From Raillietiella orientalis (lineage: Eukaryota): 64,000 bases of DNA. The stretch is taken from assembly GCA_036172245.1 (NCBI GenBank), contig JAYWIR010000003.1, forward strand, positions 3,100,001 to 3,164,000. Reading direction: 5' to 3'. Made by a program: the position numbers and the translations under genes. Position 1 is the stretch's first letter. Each line of letters begins with the position of its first letter. The notes beneath the pieces are model-generated. The model made no database searches. It saw nothing but the letters and a program-made list of their open reading frames with translations, and had not been told where the DNA came from. Positions 59,055-64,000 of this stretch are shown here, piece after piece.

Positions 59055-60350
59055 ATGGGTGTTACAATGTAAGTATATGTTTAAATTCGTTTACGGTTTG
59101 CTGCAGTGCCAAGCCAGTATTGTGCAGTTTCCCATTCCTGAAGGAAAAACTGGACCCCAAATCATCGAATTGTTATCGAAAAGAGTATGCGCCATAGGCG
59201 CTGTTCAAAATGGAATGTTTGGTGTTGACTGTGAAACTTACACCTCCACGAGCCTTGTGCACGGTGAGTGGGACTATATTCTTTCTTTCCCCCATTTTCG
59301 ATTTGATTTTTGCGGAATATGAACTTTGCTGATTTTTGTTCAAAAAAAAACGTTCAATTTTGTGGTAATCATTGTTTTTTTTAATAATTAAAAACGGTTG
59401 TTTGTGAAGCTGTTCTCAGCTTCCGTTGCTTGAATAATGCAGACTTCTAGATTGCCACTTTAAAATAATCCAACAAATTATTAAAGTTGTAGCTAATTGC
59501 GTAAACAATGGTAGAGGTGATTACATGTTTACAGAGAGAGTATAACTGCATTAAGATCTAAAGTCCTAAGTTTACAATTGACATAAATGTTTATGTGTCA
59601 CACGAGAAAGTAAATGAACCCTCCTCTTGTTCGAAGAATATTTGTCTTGCTTGGAAATCGCATTTTACTAGACAAAATTGTGGTGCATATTACTGAGAAG
59701 AGGCATTTGTTGTTATCTAGAAGTATTAGATGCTTTCATTTCAGACTATCTTGCATGAGTAGCTTGTGTAATTTACAATATACATAATTTGCAGGTCCTC
59801 AGAGGTCTATTCAGATTTTGCACAATTCCGAATATCCAGTGACAGTGTTCTCAGTCCTGGAAAATGGCTCAAAGGCAATCTGTCTGACAACAGACTTGCT
59901 ATTTGATCTCCTTATGAGGAATCTATCCCAGTTCTATGTTTCAAAGAAGACCACTCGCATTGAATCCCGAGGTCCCAGATTTGAGGTGGCTGGGGGAGAC
60001 TTCTTGGTCAAGCTGGGGACTGTGACCATGAGCCAGAAGTTTAAAGGCATTTTGTGTGAGGTAGGGCTGGATCCTGCAGTTGTCATTCATAATCCAGTAG
60101 ATAGAATACCAGCCTTGTTTGTTGCCAGGAAGTTGTTGGGAATTAATGAGAGAATTCATGCAAAGCTTTTTGGGTAGTTGTGTTCCACACAGTCTGCCTC
60201 CATATTTGCAGGTAAATCCTCTGATTATTGTTTTCACACAACAAAGTGTCAATACAGAACAGAGCTGGTGAGGTATATCATCCAAGAGATACAATTTTTC
60301 AATATATGGAACACTTTGGACAGCTAAAGAAGATCACAGTAGCACGATGA
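59055..60350 (+). CDS. MED20: Mediator subunit 20
   Basis: Exons 59055-59068, 59118-59263, 59795-60060, 60101-60211, 60258-60350: [19 protein letters not shown]...[10 protein letters not shown]...LHNSEYP...[40 protein letters not shown]...[14 protein letters not shown]...[14 protein letters not shown]. Confidence 0.93.
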
Positions 60351-63300
60351 GAATGTAAGACACACATATCAGAAGAGCAGTCAGTTGTGTGTGCTGCACA
60401 TCTCTCCTTGAGAAGAAAATTCAAAAACCATATTTATGCATATATTAAAATATATCCCAATGATAACACTTGATCTTCATGATCATGTGTTTTGCGAAGT
60501 CTGAAACCGAATTTGCATCATACAATAAAGAGGCTTCTTCAGCCAAGTATACATTATTAGCACTTGTTCCTTACAACGTATGAGCCATGTTTGTTGCCAT
60601 ATGGGACAACTTTGCATCTACTTCAAGTACATATCTGAAATATCAAAACAGGCCTTGTATTTAAATACATGGCCTAACCAACAGTAGAACCAATCCCTTT
60701 ACTTGACCAGAGGCTTCAACAAGGAAGCATTCATCCTAATAAAGTTTTACATTTCGATAGCGAATTTCTGATCTGTGGAAAATTTGAAATGGAGCTTTAG
60801 GCCAATGCCTTGGTATACTTTTGATCTTCCTTAACAATTGTACAAAAAAAAAAAAAAGGAAGATCAACAGTTACAGGAAACAGACATATATGTAAGCACG
60901 ATCTTTAACATGCATTGCGATATGCCGATATGGTAATGTAAACATTACTTGCCAACTAGCCATTACATACTTAAATGCTTTTATTGCTCAAAAAAGCCAT
61001 AAAAAACTAGAAGGCAAAGTTTATTCTACTCAGAATGCATTAATCCCAAGGTGTATTTTGATATATACAGGTGAGCAAAAAGTCTCATTCAGCCAGATCT
61101 CTTGTGAGGAATGGAGACATCACTAATGCTCCACAGAGGCACAGTGCTGCTGAAATTCCAAAGCATTGCGTTTGATTTGAAAAGACGGTTTATGAATGCA
61201 GGTGAGCTTTCATTATTCTACCGCATCCATGGTAGTGATTTTGCTACCTACGCCTTTTCAGCCGGCATAGCAAAGGAACGATAAACTTAATGGCACTGCA
61301 GTAACGTATCGGAGCGACGCTCGTTACCACAATTTCCAAAAAAACAAGCATGTAGCCTTGTAATTGCCCGAAAACGTGTAAACCGTTCAGCACGGCACAA
61401 TTACGGAGTCATGGTAACTAAGAAGCAAAAAGCACGTTCATGAAATTCAAGTGTGAGGTGAATGAATATGATCCGGAATGAATGAATAGAATCTCAACGA
61501 CAGGAATTCAGTTCACCGAGAAAACATAGAAGATCTGATGTTGTCGACCTGTTGCTAGAAGCTTGAAAATTCTCCCAAGGCTTACATTTTGAAAGAAATA
61601 CTTCTATGTCGGGATTTCTGTTCTTTGCAGCCTTGGTGTTTCCTTCTTTAGAAATCCTGTAATTAAGCCTTTACATCCTCCACACGATAGGGCGGAAGCC
61701 TCGCTTGCAAAAAAATCATCTTGTTGAATGTACAACGACTGTTCAAGGGCTGCAGAACTCGCGTTTATCAGCAAATGCATTCTATGATGACACCCTGGAG
61801 CCGTTAATTTTCTTCCCAAGTGATCCGGGAGGCGTACGAAAACTTGCATTTATATACTTTATTACCCTGTGTGTAAGAATGGAGACTAACGTCTCAATAA
61901 AACACCACTCAGCGTAAGGGACCTGGATCGAAAAACATGCCAAGAAAATGTGAAGATGCAATATTTGGAATCTGTCCGTCAATAGTGAGAAAAGCATGAT
62001 ACCTCGATGACCTCTTCAGTTTTCAAAGTAGAAAATTCAAGTGGTGTACTCAGTGCCTCATTGAGAAGAAACCGCCTCCGAAATAGTTGCTCCACATTTA
62101 ATGAAATATCCTTGGATCCATCGGGCGGGTTTTCTGTTTCATTCCCAACACAGAAAACTAAACTGCGGACTTGATGAATGGCAGGTGTACCATTCGAATG
62201 TACCATTCGAAGCATACTGCGTTGGGATTATGCCTGCACTTCCACGATCACTGTTCAAAGACATTGTGCTTCATTTTGTCGACGAGTTGTGCAGGTGATC
62301 GGATGTTTCCTTATTCACTACCTAACAGAATTCTGTATTTTCCGGAGAAACAAAAGACCTATTCACGTTTTCATAGCTGTTAGGAAAGGAATGAATTTGT
62401 GGAAGGTAGGGAGGTTTGCAGTTGAAGAATGAAAGTACAGTTCAAGCTGTGAAATTTCTCAAGAATTCCAGAAAGCCAACGAAGTTCGGAATTTAGAAAT
62501 TAGTTCGATTCAAAAGGATATATCAGACTACAGAAAACGGGAACGGATGCAAAAATACAGTGAGGGAGCTTATGTAGACATGTGTAATCCGAAAGGAAGT
62601 GTAATTTTGCATAAAACTTGCCATTTGTAAAAATTTGAAGTCGGGCTACAAATAAGTCGTGAAAATTTACCCGTACGGGCCTTTTATTTTCGTGGAAGAT
62701 GCTTGAAAATAGATCGAAATTCTGATTTCATAATATTCTTATAAGGAAGGGGTAATCTGTCCCTCCTTCGTCAATTTGTCAGCGTATGTGATTGCTACAC
62801 TGGAGCAAAATGAGCTTGCTTACCTAAAAGTTTTTTAGATAAAATTAATAAAAAGGTTTTTAGGTACATAAATTTTTTAGATTAATTTTCAGATAAAATT
62901 AGATACCTTTTTAAATTACGAAGAGTGTGAAATGACTGGCTACGTCTGCGAATTCCCATGTCTCGAGAACAATATGAGGACTTTGGTAACTTCTGATACA
63001 TTTCCGTTCAGCATTGTTTGTATTTGATTGAAACAAATTTTTTTCCACTGATGATTTCGATGACTTTTCAATGCATAGTTGTTGCAAATGCAAATCCATC
63101 TTATCAAGACTATTTTAAGTACACCCAACTGAAAGGAAAACTGCTCGAAACTATTCTTATTTATTGTCGGATTCTTTTCCAATGTGTTTTTGTAATGAGT
63201 TTATGATTACATTTGGAGGAGAGCATCATGCATTTATTATAAAGAATGAATCAAAATGTAATGTTTCGTTTCTTAGGTTTTTCCGACTCTTCGTACTCGT

Positions 63301-64000
63301 GTTAATGGATTTTTGCCTGGTATGGTGTGTTTCTGGGATCATAAGGTGTTTAATGAAATACTCCTGAAATATGATGGAAAGCTGCAGTAAAAAAAAGAAG
63401 TTTATTTGAATTTTGTTGAGTACGATACATTAACTTACCTAATTATGCATGTGACCATAAATTAGTGCACACTTTCACCAGCTCAGTATTTTAAAATAGC
63501 AGAAAAATATTCAGGTAACTAGCATAGTGTGCTGGATGAAGAACTACCAATCTGAACGTATATGGACATGAAACCCAAGAATGAAAACATTTCCATATGT
63601 AGAAACACTTCTGGTAACCCAGACAACAAAGTTGAAATGAGGCACGAAGCCTTTTCGGATCCCACATGCTGTTGCTAAACGCAAATGAAGTCGAATTTTC
63701 AGTGAAATGGCCTGTTCGAAATCAGCACACATTGCATTAATTTTCCCATTGAAATAAGGGTATCTAGTGTAACCGGCCACAGAGCCATTGCCTGCCGTGA
63801 AGACTTTTCCGGCATTGGTCTCCCTGAGGTTCGAAAGAGCCAAAAGAGCAGGAATGCTGCTGTGACTTCATGCTGAAGGAATTTTCGAAACAGCTATGAC
63901 ATCGAACTGTGATTCCTCGCTGAGATCATTTATCCTTGAAAATCAGAAGCCTAGATTCAGTTATGATGCACTGAAGCAGTTATATCCGACGTTTATTACT

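Noticed and set aside
60400..61100. Possible convergent partner gene for MED20
   Set aside because: Splice-like signals exist, but every phase I tried hits early stops.
61100..64000. Short ORFs with faint integrase-like words (SPAQLV)
   Set aside because: Too degenerate; no ordered set of motifs, LTRs or TIRs found.

Overview
Eukaryotic (animal, probably ecdysozoan) genomic DNA with very short GT-AG introns (mostly 39-65 nt), not prokaryotic. Ten spliced genes were reconstructed by hand: IPO9 (3' part, +), TAF3 (-), ARMC1 (+), ARFGAP1 (-), HOOK (+), eIF2D/ligatin (-), DHRS7B-like (+), TMEM11 (-), a ~1900-aa Bruchpilot-type ELKS/CAST active-zone gene (-) and MED20 (+). The first eight form four tail-to-tail pairs whose stop codons are only 11-65 nt apart, and poly(A)-signal hexamers often overlap a stop codon or the partner's last codons. 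The wider spacers hold decayed non-LTR retrotransposons. One is an L1/Tx1-like family: one copy has a clean 12-bp TSD, three copies are stacked head-to-tail, and the 3' hairpins keep their structure while the sequence changes. The other is a set of older R2-superfamily relics. A ~17-kb GC-rich island (~38.3-55.3 kb) covers brp exons 2-14, while exon 1 of the same gene is AT-rich. Gene names come from recalled motif similarity and GC levels are by-eye impressions; no database search was run.
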